A stretch of DNA of 58,385 bases from Alphaproteobacteria bacterium (GTDB taxonomy: Bacteria; Pseudomonadota; Alphaproteobacteria; Rs-D84), in the NCBI GenBank assembly GCA_017534945.1, contig JAFXVB010000023.1, positions 1 through 58,385 of the forward strand, in the 5' to 3' direction. A program made the position numbers and the translations under genes. Under the pieces are notes generated by a model. The model was not told the DNA's origin. It did no database searches and saw only the letters and a list, made by a program, of their open reading frames with translations. Below are positions 19,348 to 29,305 of this stretch, one piece after another; positions within the stretch are counted from its first letter, which is position 1; the number at the start of each line of letters is the position of its first letter.

Positions 19348-20346
19348 TTATATTAATTTGCCCATGGCCACCGCTGTATCACACATACGGTTTGAAAAAC
19401 CCCACTCGTTATCATACCATGCGGTCACATGAACCAAATGCCCATCAATAACATGAGTTTGGGTCGCATCAAAGTTCGCACTGTGTGCATCATGCGTAAA
19501 ATCAATGGATACAAGTGGCGCATCGCAATATCCAAATATGGCGGATTTTGCGCGTTTCATCGCCGCATTAACTTTGTCTGTATCGGTCTCTTTTTCTGTA
19601 TTAACGACCAATTCGACGACGGAAACATCCGGGGTTGGCACGCGGATTGCGATACCATCCAGTTTGCCAGATAATTCTGGCAAAACCAAACCAATGGCAC
19701 GTGCCGCACCGGTTGTTGTTGGAATCATAGACATCGCCGCCGCACGTGCGCGCCGAAAATCTTTATGATTTTTATCCAATAATTGTTGATCGCCGGTATA
19801 TGCATGCACAGTTGTCATCCATCCATTTTTTATGCCGAATTTTTCGCTTAAAACCTTTGCCACCGGTGCCAAACAATTCGTAGTGCATGACGCGTTTGAT
19901 ACAATTAAATCTTTTTTTGTTAATGTTTTTTCATTTACACCGAACACGATTGTTTTATCTGCCCCCGCCGATGGCGCAGAAACCAAAACGCGTTTTGCCC
20001 CCGCCACCAGATGAACACGTGCTTTATCCGCCGCAGTAAATAATCCGGTGCATTCCATAACCACATCAATCTTTAATTTTTTCCAAGGTAATTTAGATGG
20101 GTCGCGTTCACAGATGCATTTTATTTTTTGATTTCCGGCAATGATGATATCTTTATCTAATTTTACATTCATCGGCAATTTTCCATGCACAGAATCATAT
20201 TGCAATAAATAAGCGTTTTGTTCTGCGGGTGCCAAATCATTTATCGCAACAAATTCTATATCACGACGATTTGATTCCAATGCTGCACGCAAAACCAAAC
20301 GACCAATACGACCAAAACCATTGATAGCAACTCTCACTTTTTTCAT
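19348..20346 (-). CDS. gap: glyceraldehyde-3-phosphate dehydrogenase
   Basis: INGFGRIGR, SNASCTTNCLAP, WYDNEWGFS. Confidence 0.98.
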   Translation of the reverse strand: MKKVRVAINGFGRIGRLVLRAALESNRRDIEFVAINDLAPAEQNAYLLQYDSVHGKLPMNVKLDKDIIIAGNQKIKCICERDPSKLPWKKLKIDVVMECTGLFTAADKARVHLVAGAKRVLVSAPSAGADKTIVFGVNEKTLTKKDLIVSNASCTTNCLAPVAKVLSEKFGIKNGWMTTVHAYTGDQQLLDKNHKDFRRARAAAMSMIPTTTGAARAIGLVLPELSGKLDGIAIRVPTPDVSVVELVVNTEKETDTDKVNAAMKRAKSAIFGYCDAPLVSIDFTHDAHSANFDATQTHVIDGHLVHVTAWYDNEWGFSNRMCDTAVAMGKLI

Positions 20347-20459
20347 AAATAATCCTTTTTGTATTCAATATAATGATAGCATTTTTAACAGGTTGCGACA
20401 ACCAGATTTTTTGCCGGCATTGCTTGAAAATACGATATTTGCCAATTATAATGTGGTTG

Positions 20460-21365
20460 ATGAAAACGCGTGATATAATCATTGTTGGACCGACCGCATC
20501 TGGCAAATCTGGGTTTGCCGATGGTTTGGCGCGTCGTATAAATGGTGTGATTATAAATTGTGATAGTGTTCAAATTTATCGCGGAATTGAAAACATTTCG
20601 GCCAGTCCTTTTGCCGGTCATATTGATGAAATAAATACCGAAATGTTGGATGGTATCCCATATAAATTGTTTTCTGTACGTGATTTATCGGTGCAACAAA
20701 GTGTTTGTGATTATCTGGAATTGGCGCGCACAGCGTATGCGGATGCGAAAAAGGCGGGGCGCACTGCAATTTTTGTTGGGGGGACTGGATATTATGCAAA
20801 TGCATTGTTAAACGGTATATCGTCTATGCCGGATATTGGTGCGGATGCCCGTAATCGTGCGCGTGAATTGGTGGCACATGATATTATTGCGGCGCGAAAA
20901 ATGTTGCCGGTGGAATTTACTGCAACCGACCCACAACGCGTGGCAAGGGCGTTAGAGGTGTTTTTGGAAACCGGTCACCACATCACAGAATTTCAACATG
21001 CAGAACGCACAGGTGCGGTTTTGCCGGCGGATACAATAAAAATTTTGATAACCCCAGATGCCGATACATTGCGTTCGCGAATTGCCGCGCGTATCCCAGA
21101 AATGATTGACGGTGGTGCAATTGATGAGGCACGCACAATAATAAAAAACAATTGGAATCCAATGCGTGCAATTGGTGCGGTGCAATTGGTTGATTATTTA
21201 AACGGTAAAATTTCGCGCGATGATGCAATTTCAAATTGGATAACAAAAACAAATCAGTATGCAAAACGACAACGCACATGGTTTCGTGGTCAATTTTTTG
21301 CCGATATAACAATCAATCACGTACCCACAGATGACGATATCGAAAAAATTATTCGTAATATTTAG
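20460..21365 (+). CDS. miaA: tRNA dimethylallyltransferase
   Basis: GPTASGKS, NCDSVQIYRG, VGGTGYY, YAKRQRTWF. Confidence 0.95.
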   Translation: MKTRDIIIVGPTASGKSGFADGLARRINGVIINCDSVQIYRGIENISASPFAGHIDEINTEMLDGIPYKLFSVRDLSVQQSVCDYLELARTAYADAKKAGRTAIFVGGTGYYANALLNGISSMPDIGADARNRARELVAHDIIAARKMLPVEFTATDPQRVARALEVFLETGHHITEFQHAERTGAVLPADTIKILITPDADTLRSRIAARIPEMIDGGAIDEARTIIKNNWNPMRAIGAVQLVDYLNGKISRDDAISNWITKTNQYAKRQRTWFRGQFFADITINHVPTDDDIEKIIRNI

Positions 21366-22056
21366 TTAATGTTTTTGCGGTAATTTCTGTTTTACGCATT
21401 TTTCGCCGACGATTATGCAGACTTTCGAAATCAAGGGACGCATCCGCCCAGACGCACCACTCCCAATCAATAACACCGGTGATTTTGAAAGTTTTTGGAT
21501 TAATCAACACATTACTGCACAAATCAGTATGACACCAATGTTCGCCTGTTTTGTTTTTCAAATCAGCAATAGAAGCCGGATTTGCAGAATGTAATTTTTT
21601 TAAAAACTTTGCCAATTGTTCTGCAATTTCATCACTGTGTGCATTTAATTGTCGCAGTGGCAAATTTGCCAAAATCACACCCGGAATAAAATTCGTTTTA
21701 TAAAAAATAAATTTATTTCCATGGATAATTTCAATCTTTGGAATTTCAACTGTACAATACCGGCGCAAAGCGTTAGTAATGCGTCTTTCGCGTTCCAGAC
21801 GCGGAAAAACCGTTGTTGCCTCTGCCAATCTTTTACGAACTTTATATACATCTTTTTCATCAAAAATAAAAGCCAAACATCCGCCGCCTTTGGCAATACG
21901 CATTTTTCTATTGCGCAATTCCGGAACTGTTTTTAATAAATCATCTAGTTTTTCGCGATATCCAAACAAAGTCCAATCACGAAAATGACGGCGTGCCCGG
22001 GGAAAAATAATCAAAAAACTGAGTGCATATGCAACATCAAAAAATAATTTCCACAT
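21349..22056 (-). CDS. aminoglycoside-phosphotransferase-like kinase
   Basis: HTDL..NVL and GVIDWEW motifs. Confidence 0.75.
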   Translation of the reverse strand: MWKLFFDVAYALSFLIIFPRARRHFRDWTLFGYREKLDDLLKTVPELRNRKMRIAKGGGCLAFIFDEKDVYKVRKRLAEATTVFPRLERERRITNALRRYCTVEIPKIEIIHGNKFIFYKTNFIPGVILANLPLRQLNAHSDEIAEQLAKFLKKLHSANPASIADLKNKTGEHWCHTDLCSNVLINPKTFKITGVIDWEWCVWADASLDFESLHNRRRKMRKTEITAKTLTKYYE

Positions 22057-22126
22057 AAAAAATCCCTGTTTTTAATTTGATATAAATGGTATTGAATTTT
22101 AGAAAAAAAACAAGTATTTTATTGGT

Positions 22127-24325
22127 ATGTTTAATTCTGGCACTGTTGTAAAAGTTTTGATTCCAAATGTAGTGAACACTGGTTATGACTATCGTTTAAC
22201 CGGTGATGCTGATTTGGGACAATTTGTACGCGTGTCTGTTATGAACCGTCCATATATTGGCGTTGTGTTTGGCTTTGGTGACAGTGGTTTGCCCCCCGAC
22301 AAAATAAAAAATGTGGCTGAAATATATCCATCAAAATTATCCGCCGATGATTTATTATGGATTCAAAAAATGTCCGCATGGACTTTGATGACACCGGGTG
22401 CGGTATTGCGTTTGATTATCAATGTGCCGGACGCTTTTTTACCCCCAAAGATAGAACCACTATATAACTTCAATTTTGCGGCAACCGGTAAAATGACGGA
22501 TGCACGCCAAATGGTAATGGATGCATATTCTGCAAACGATAATACGGCAATGACTATCACCGATTTGCGTAATATTGCGCGGGTCAGTCATGCGGTTATA
22601 AACACGATGATAAAGCGTGGATTATTGACATTGTGTGATAATCGAATTATTGAATCAAATGAGTTTAATTATATATATCATGATACAGGAAATGTTATTT
22701 TAAATGACGAACAATCTGGGGCGGCACGCGTTATCGGCGATGCCATAGATGTTGGCGGTTTTTCTGTGCATTTATTGGACGGAATAACAGGCAGTGGTAA
22801 AACCCAGGTATATTTTGATTCTGTATTGCGTGCATATAATGCGGGAAAATCTGTATTGTTGATGATGCCTGAAATCGCATTGACCGCGCAATTCATGACA
22901 CGATTTCAAAAACGGTTTGGTGCACCACCTGTGGTATGGCACAGCAATCTAACCGCGGCGCGTCGTCGTGAAATTTGGCGTGGTGTTTTGAATAAAAAAA
23001 TCCGTATCGTTGTCGGCACACGCAGTGCTTTGTTTTTACCATGGCAAGATTTAGGTTTAATCGTCATTGACGAAGAACACGATACTTCATATAAACAAGA
23101 AGATATGGGAAATTATCATGCACGTGATATGGCGATTTTGCGCGCAAAAATTGCTGGATTCCCGATTGTCTTGGCATCTGCGACGCCATCATTGGAAACA
23201 TTAAATAATGTGGATTTGGGCAAATATAAAATATTAAAATTGACATCGCGATTTGGTGGGGCGCAAATGCCGATTATATCGACATTGGATATGCGTGAAA
23301 ATCGTCCCACAGATTACAAATTGCCAAACGATGATACGTCCCATCATGGAAATCTGTCGCCTGCATTATGTGATGCAATTGCAGATACATTAAATGCCAA
23401 ACAACAGGTTATGTTATTTATCAATCGTCGCGGCTTTGCGCCAATTACGCAATGTAAAAAATGTGGTTGGGTGGCGATGTGTCCGGAATGTTCTGTGGGC
23501 ATGACATATCACAAAAGGTTGAATAAATTATTATGCCATATGTGCGGTCGCACAATGGAATTGCCAAAGAAATGTCCCGAATGTGGTGGCGAAGTGTCAC
23601 AGTTCGGTGTCGGTTTGGAACGTATAGAGCAAGAGGTGTCGGCGCGTTTCCCAAATGCACGTACCGCATTGGTATCCAGTGATACAATAATGACGCGTCA
23701 AACATTAGAAAGATTGGTGGCAAAAATGGAAAACGGCGAAATAGATATTGTCATCGGTACACAAATTTTGGCAAAGGGACACCATTTTCCAAACTTGACC
23801 TTGGTTGGTGTGGTGGATGCAGATATGGGATTATATGGTACTGATTTTCGTGCCGGTGAGCATACATTTCAACAACTGTTTCAAGTCGCGGGCAGGGCGG
23901 GTCGCGGAAAATTTCCGGGTCGTGTATTACTACAAACATATCAACCGGATAATCCGGTTTTGACCGCGATTTGTAAGTGCGACAGGGACAGTTTTATAAA
24001 AAACGATATGGAATCACGCCGAAGTGCGAAAATGCCGCCTTTTGGTCAACTGATTGCTGTGATTGTCGAAGGGGAAAAAGAACAAACTTTAAAATCTTTT
24101 TGTGAAACATTGGCGGCGTCCGCACCAAAGTTAAATGGTGGAAAAATTATGGGGCCAATTGCTGCACAAATTTATCAAATAAGGAATTGGTACCGCATGC
24201 GTTTTTTAATTGCCGGCGATGCAAATGCAAAATTACAACCGGTGGTTTCACATTGGTTGTCAACGGTTCGCACGCCTGCGAACATTCGAATAAAAATAGA
24301 TGTCAATCCACAAAACTTTATGTAA
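22127..24325 (+). CDS. priA: primosomal protein N'
   Basis: GITGSGKT, DEEHD, NRRGFAP, CKKC/CPEC/CHMC/CPEC, AGRAGR. Confidence 0.97.
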   Translation: MFNSGTVVKVLIPNVVNTGYDYRLTGDADLGQFVRVSVMNRPYIGVVFGFGDSGLPPDKIKNVAEIYPSKLSADDLLWIQKMSAWTLMTPGAVLRLIINVPDAFLPPKIEPLYNFNFAATGKMTDARQMVMDAYSANDNTAMTITDLRNIARVSHAVINTMIKRGLLTLCDNRIIESNEFNYIYHDTGNVILNDEQSGAARVIGDAIDVGGFSVHLLDGITGSGKTQVYFDSVLRAYNAGKSVLLMMPEIALTAQFMTRFQKRFGAPPVVWHSNLTAARRREIWRGVLNKKIRIVVGTRSALFLPWQDLGLIVIDEEHDTSYKQEDMGNYHARDMAILRAKIAGFPIVLASATPSLETLNNVDLGKYKILKLTSRFGGAQMPIISTLDMRENRPTDYKLPNDDTSHHGNLSPALCDAIADTLNAKQQVMLFINRRGFAPITQCKKCGWVAMCPECSVGMTYHKRLNKLLCHMCGRTMELPKKCPECGGEVSQFGVGLERIEQEVSARFPNARTALVSSDTIMTRQTLERLVAKMENGEIDIVIGTQILAKGHHFPNLTLVGVVDADMGLYGTDFRAGEHTFQQLFQVAGRAGRGKFPGRVLLQTYQPDNPVLTAICKCDRDSFIKNDMESRRSAKMPPFGQLIAVIVEGEKEQTLKSFCETLAASAPKLNGGKIMGPIAAQIYQIRNWYRMRFLIAGDANAKLQPVVSHWLSTVRTPANIRIKIDVNPQNFM

Positions 24326-24350
24326 AAAATTCAGTGCATTTGGCACTGAA

Positions 24351-24725
24351 TTATCTTTCATTACTTGGCATTTGTCTTGGCATACGTTTCCGGGCAATCA
24401 TATTTATTAATTTCATTTTTGCGCGTTTGAATATGCCGGGTTTATTGCTGTGTGATTTTTCGCGTTCTTGCTCTTGTAATTGTTCGTCTAATTTTTGTGC
24501 TTCATATTTTTTCAATGCTACCTCGTCCAGAACTTTTCCATTTTTATCGACAATGCCTGCACTTATCAATTCTTTATTTGCGCGATATTTATTGCGTCTT
24601 TCGACTTCCTTTAAATACATTGATAATTCATTGCGTTTATCATTGATTGCGACACCGTCGTGGGTCATCAAACCTAATTCAATCAATTCTTCTTCGGACC
24701 CATCGTATTTTAACTCTTTTGCCAT
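24351..24725 (-). CDS. hypothetical protein
   Basis: 124-aa charged ORF. Confidence 0.6.
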   Translation of the reverse strand: MAKELKYDGSEEELIELGLMTHDGVAINDKRNELSMYLKEVERRNKYRANKELISAGIVDKNGKVLDEVALKKYEAQKLDEQLQEQEREKSHSNKPGIFKRAKMKLINMIARKRMPRQMPSNER

Positions 24726-24753
24726 TTTTTTAGACTCCTTTTTTGAAACTGTT

Positions 24754-25713
24754 TTATACTACTTCGGTCACAGCACGCAAACCACCGTCGCGCGATAATT
24801 GTACCACACGAATTTTCTTTTTCATCTCTTGAATTAAATCTGCGCGGTTATATGCGGGTTGTGTATGTAAAATTCTGTCTGCAAACGCGGCGTATGCGGC
24901 CTCGGCTGATTCTGCGTGAATAGTGGTGTAAAAATGGTCGTGTCCTGTGCCCAACATTTCCCACAAAACCGAAGCATTACTTGTTGAAATTTCACCGCCA
25001 ATAATAACATCCGGGGTCATACGAACAACCAAGTCCAATAATCGTGCATAATCAAAATCATTATTTTGTTCAGTGCGCGACAATATAAAATGCACACGAT
25101 TTTGTTGTGCCACATGAATTTCGCGTGCATCTTCGACGGTAATAATGCGCGCGTTTTGATCGATTAATGTCAACATATGGTTCAAGAAAGTTGTCTTACC
25201 GGTTGCTGTTGCACCACTAATCAATATAGGACTTGCATCATTTATTGCGTGCATCAATCGGTCATACGGATCGTCTGGACGTACTTTTTCGCGTGGTTTA
25301 ATTTTTAACAATTGTTTTCCATGTTCCAAATGATAGTTTTTAAAACTGACATCTGTTGCGCCACCACCACGAATACTCATTGCGACGCCGCCAGTTAAAT
25401 CATTGTCATCATATTGTACATTTGGACCGGCAATTGCAGAAAACCTGTGGTTCCCAGGCAATGTGGCATAAACAACCGGCACACCATGATACGGATCAAA
25501 TGGTTGTTCATAAATATTTGCCACAGTATGAATTAAATCCACCAAATATTGTTTGGAAAGTTGTGGCGCAGAATAAGCAACCCATGGCACGCGCGCACCA
25601 TGCAAACGCATCCATACCTGGCCCGCATGATTTATTGCGATTTCTTCTACAAAAGACGGAGTATAAAATTCCGCCAAAGGTTTTAATAAAGAATCAAGAA
25701 CTACATTTGTCAT
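24754..25713 (-). CDS. virB11: VirB11-family secretion ATPase
   Basis: EEIAIN, ISGATATGKTTF, ITVEDARE, RMTPDVIIGGE, TTIHA. Confidence 0.85.
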   Translation of the reverse strand: MTNVVLDSLLKPLAEFYTPSFVEEIAINHAGQVWMRLHGARVPWVAYSAPQLSKQYLVDLIHTVANIYEQPFDPYHGVPVVYATLPGNHRFSAIAGPNVQYDDNDLTGGVAMSIRGGGATDVSFKNYHLEHGKQLLKIKPREKVRPDDPYDRLMHAINDASPILISGATATGKTTFLNHMLTLIDQNARIITVEDAREIHVAQQNRVHFILSRTEQNNDFDYARLLDLVVRMTPDVIIGGEISTSNASVLWEMLGTGHDHFYTTIHAESAEAAYAAFADRILHTQPAYNRADLIQEMKKKIRVVQLSRDGGLRAVTEVV

Positions 25714-25796
25714 TTTATTTTTATTTTATCATAAATCGCCCCTTGAATCAAAAAACTTTATTTGCTAGAATAAAAATATAGATAAGAGAAAGAGAA

Positions 25797-26363
25797 ATGA
25801 AAAAATCACTATTATTTGCATTGTTTTTGGCACCGTTTTTTGCGGGTTGTGGCGGCGATAATGCGTATTACAACGATGATTACGCCAATGGTGGCGCGGA
25901 TGCACCATATTACAACGAACGTACGGCTGGCTTTATGAACGCCGATAATGAATATGGCGAAATCGATTCGGCACGCCCACGCACAGATGCAGAAAAGGAT
26001 GCTTCGCACAAATTATGGAATTCTTCCCGTATGGAAACCCGGTGGCAAGAATATCGTGGTGCGATGGTGCGGATTCAAATATTACTTGGGAACAGCGAAC
26101 TGCGTCGCATGCGTTTGCGTATGATACAAAGTGCTGATGGAATGGATATTGATGGTGATGCGCGTTCCGTATTGGCACATGTGGCTGATTATGAAATGAA
26201 ACGCGTATGTGGACGTAATGTCGAAAATATTGTTATCGTGTATGATGAACCTTCGTTTGAAGTTATGCGCCCAACCCCGTTCTTTGATTACAGGGTAGAG
26301 GCCGAAGGTCCAACAATGCGCGAATATGGTTTTCGTTGCGTGTATAACAAAACAAAAAAATAA
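25797..26363 (+). CDS. hypothetical lipoprotein
   Basis: FAGC lipobox. Confidence 0.7.
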   Translation: MKKSLLFALFLAPFFAGCGGDNAYYNDDYANGGADAPYYNERTAGFMNADNEYGEIDSARPRTDAEKDASHKLWNSSRMETRWQEYRGAMVRIQILLGNSELRRMRLRMIQSADGMDIDGDARSVLAHVADYEMKRVCGRNVENIVIVYDEPSFEVMRPTPFFDYRVEAEGPTMREYGFRCVYNKTKK

Positions 26364-26387
26364 TCATCAAACAAAAAGGATAGAAAT

Positions 26388-26717
26388 ATGAAAAAATTAG
26401 CCACAGTGTTGGGTGTTGTTGGTTCGTTGTCTTTGGTTGCATGTGATTCACATGCGGGTGCAAAAAACGGTGATACGGTAATAATTGATTTTGCTGGATT
26501 TGATGGGGGTGTTCAATTTGATGGCGGCACCGCACAAAATTATCCACTTACATTGGGCAGTGGTCAATTCGTTCCTGGATTTGAAGAACAATTAATTGGT
26601 GCAAATGTTGGTGAAACACGCGATGTGAATATAAGATTCCCAGATAATTATGTGCCAAGCCTTGCCGGGCACCAGGTTGTATTCAAAGTCACCGTAAAAG
26701 AAATCAAATCAAAATAA
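26388..26717 (+). CDS. FKBP-type PPIase lipoprotein (trigger-factor-like domain)
   Basis: LVAC lipobox plus GDTVIIDF...LGSGQFVPGFEEQLIG...FPDNY. Confidence 0.85.
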   Translation: MKKLATVLGVVGSLSLVACDSHAGAKNGDTVIIDFAGFDGGVQFDGGTAQNYPLTLGSGQFVPGFEEQLIGANVGETRDVNIRFPDNYVPSLAGHQVVFKVTVKEIKSK

Positions 26718-26745
26718 AAATCCCCCAAATGGGGGATTTTTTTAT
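26717..26745. terminator. bidirectional terminator closing the phage-like operon
   Basis: AAATCCCCC-aaat-GGGGGATTT with A and T tracts. Confidence 0.8.
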
Positions 26746-26999
26746 TTTATTACTGCGGATTTAATAAGTGTCACATCTTCTTTTATTCCGTCAATTTTTA
26801 ATTGCAATTGTCCAATCCCAGATTCCAAAATTGTTGTGCGATTTTCCAGTGCTGTGATACGCGATTCCATCCGTTCCAGTTCTGTCAAAGAAGAATCTTG
26901 TCGGGCAACCCAATACACAACACCAAAGGCAAATACTAATAAAAACCAACTGCTTCGTAATAATTCCAAGAAATTTATTATATTTTGTTTTCGCGGCAT
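26742..26999 (-). CDS. TM plus coiled-coil phage-type protein
   Basis: WFLLVFAFGVVYWVA followed by heptads. Confidence 0.6.
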   Translation of the reverse strand: MPRKQNIINFLELLRSSWFLLVFAFGVVYWVARQDSSLTELERMESRITALENRTTILESGIGQLQLKIDGIKEDVTLIKSAVIK

Positions 27000-27001
27000 T
27001 T

Positions 27002-27202
27002 TTATTCTCCACCTTTACCGCGCGCAATCATTGATTCAATTTGACGAACAAAGGCACGATTGGCCTCGGCCCAACGCAATTCATTGTCTGTGGCATTTTG
27101 TCCCAATATTCGTTCGATTGTGATTTTACGCATATGTTGTAATACGGCACGACCAGACGGAGTATTAAATGTGCGCGCATATTGTTTTTCTGTATCTTGC
27201 AT
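27002..27202 (-). CDS. small conserved phage protein downstream of the portal (Bbp19-like)
   Basis: YARTFNTPSGRAVLQHMRKIT...LRWAEANRAFVRQI. Confidence 0.7.
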   Translation of the reverse strand: MQDTEKQYARTFNTPSGRAVLQHMRKITIERILGQNATDNELRWAEANRAFVRQIESMIARGKGGE

Positions 27203-27217
27203 TATTATCCTCCTTTT

Positions 27218-28441
27218 TTACAACACAGTATCTGTTGATGCAATTGCAATTGGTGCCATGTATTTTAATTCCGCATCACTGTGCAGTGATATCGGTTCAA
27301 TCACACCACGTCGCGACAAAATTTGCAATCCGCGTTCACACAGTGGTCTTATAAATTCATGCAATAACCGACCATATGTTGCGCCCAAAACACGCATCAT
27401 ATCGGCATTACGAGCCAATACTTCGGTTGCGGTCATTTCGCGGTCGGACATAAACCCAAGTCTGTCTGCCAACAAAGTATGGCGAATTCTGTCGCGCAAA
27501 TCGTTTAATACCAATTGTGAAACATCAAAATTTGCGCCGCTGGAAAGTGGGGTTAATCCAGAACTACCCACTGCTTTTGGAATTATTGCGCCGGGGGTCA
27601 GGTTTATGTTTTGTAAATTGATAACACCGTCATCATCGGCTTGCCAAATACCGCTGACCGCTATGGTTGCATTTTTCAAAACCAATTCTACAACTTTGTT
27701 TGCGGTTTTTATATCTGGCAAAGCGCGTAATACTGGACTCCGTCCATACAGTTCGCCACTGCATACACTCCAACGGAAAATCAAATAAGGATTTGTTTCA
27801 AATGTGCCGGTTGCGACAATATTATCTTCTATTGCGCCGTCAATATCTAACCATGCAACAAATTCCAAACCAACTAAAGATTGAATCAATCGCAGCGGAG
27901 TATCTGGATTTGCTTCGATTTTTTTCATAACATCTTTTGTGGGGACCCAATTTGGATAACGCATCATCACATCTGTTGCACTCATACTTGTTGTGTGAAA
28001 AATAGCGTTTGGTAAAATCGCAATATCTGTCATTGGGATTGTTGTGAAAGAAAAAGCACTGGTTGCACCAATTGGATTTTCTGTCATAAACATACATGCG
28101 GTACCATAGATACACAAATCCATATATGCCTGATGCACTGTTGTATAAAAATTAGAATCGTTCAAATTTGCGCGCAATGCATTGGTTGCGATTTCTGGAT
28201 TTGGCGAAGCATCGCTTTCTTTGACTAAATTTATCCACAACGATTCTGGGGGTGTCAATAATGTATAAATAGATGCTGCTAAATTATCAACCGCATCTGC
28301 CGCGGTACTATCAAATAATGTTGCAACTTCTGTATTGGTTGTTGGAACGGTATAACGACGCGCGTCATCCCATCGTTGCAACCAAGGTTCACGCAAAGTA
28401 ATTGCTTTGTTATACATTTTTTGTAAATTTTTTATATTCAT
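27218..28441 (-). CDS. portal (head-to-tail connector) protein, T7/BPP-1-like
   Basis: LFDSTAADAVDNLAASI, FRWSVCSGELYGRSPV..ALPDIK, MTATEVLAR, LGATYGRL. Confidence 0.9.
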   Translation of the reverse strand: MNIKNLQKMYNKAITLREPWLQRWDDARRYTVPTTNTEVATLFDSTAADAVDNLAASIYTLLTPPESLWINLVKESDASPNPEIATNALRANLNDSNFYTTVHQAYMDLCIYGTACMFMTENPIGATSAFSFTTIPMTDIAILPNAIFHTTSMSATDVMMRYPNWVPTKDVMKKIEANPDTPLRLIQSLVGLEFVAWLDIDGAIEDNIVATGTFETNPYLIFRWSVCSGELYGRSPVLRALPDIKTANKVVELVLKNATIAVSGIWQADDDGVINLQNINLTPGAIIPKAVGSSGLTPLSSGANFDVSQLVLNDLRDRIRHTLLADRLGFMSDREMTATEVLARNADMMRVLGATYGRLLHEFIRPLCERGLQILSRRGVIEPISLHSDAELKYMAPIAIASTDTVL

Positions 28442-28456
28442 ATTTTTCTCCTTTAT

Positions 28457-29305
28457 CTATATTTTGAAATTTGTGTTTGCAGTATACATTCGTGTGGTAT
28501 GGTCATGTGGTCGGCATGGTATCGGCGTTGCATTTATTGCACCCGAAAACGCATCCAATCCGTCATCATGACCAATGCCGCCAATCGGTGACCACCCAAG
28601 CATTTCTGCCATAAAAGGCGTTTGTTGAATGCGGGTATGTGCAAATATGCGACCCGCACCCAAAAGTGGTTCCAAAGTATTTAAAATTCGTAATTCTTTT
28701 TTCGTATTATTTGTAATTTTTTGAACATATATACCACCACCACGATTGGCGATTTTATCCGCTAATATTTCGGGCAGTGCATTTCCCAATCCATTTGTTT
28801 CAACGGCCAACCTATGCAACTTATATTTATTTAGAAAATCCAAAACAATATCGCATTGATATGTTAATGGTTGTGGGCAATTATCCGGGACAACCATGTA
28901 CATAATATCATGTAAAAATATGTTATGAGATTTATCATCGCGAAATATCAAAACACATACACTGGAATCTGTATTTTTATGTCCCAATGCAGGATCCCAA
29001 TATACGGCGGCCCCAGTTATCGCCCAATCACCAATTTTTGCATTTGTTGGATTAAATTCGTGTGAATATAATTGAATTTTCCCTGGGTCTAAACGAATAT
29101 TATCCATCGGTGTAAATTTCAGCATCATTTGTGCCATGAAATGATGTTCACCGACGTTTTTTCTTAATTCATTTATTTTGTCAACTGGGAACACTTCTGG
29201 CCAAGTTGGCACGCCATCTGGGGTTTGGATTGGTAAAGAAAATTTTTTATATCCAATTAAAAAAGGCGTTGAAAAATGAAATTTTTTATTTACTATATTT
29301 GACAT
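28457..29305 (-). CDS. terminase large subunit, C-terminal nuclease half
   Basis: WPEVF..., YWDPALG, AVETNGLGNALP, HDDGLDAFSGAI; GGGAG SD inside the dnaB antisense strand. Confidence 0.85.
   Translation of the reverse strand: MSNIVNKKFHFSTPFLIGYKKFSLPIQTPDGVPTWPEVFPVDKINELRKNVGEHHFMAQMMLKFTPMDNIRLDPGKIQLYSHEFNPTNAKIGDWAITGAAVYWDPALGHKNTDSSVCVLIFRDDKSHNIFLHDIMYMVVPDNCPQPLTYQCDIVLDFLNKYKLHRLAVETNGLGNALPEILADKIANRGGGIYVQKITNNTKKELRILNTLEPLLGAGRIFAHTRIQQTPFMAEMLGWSPIGGIGHDDGLDAFSGAINATPIPCRPHDHTTRMYTANTNFKI
29269..29296 (+). promoter_or_regulatory. putative dnaB promoter (leaderless transcript)
   Basis: TTGAAA-16-TACTAT ending 7 bp before ATG 29304; no SD. Confidence 0.5.
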
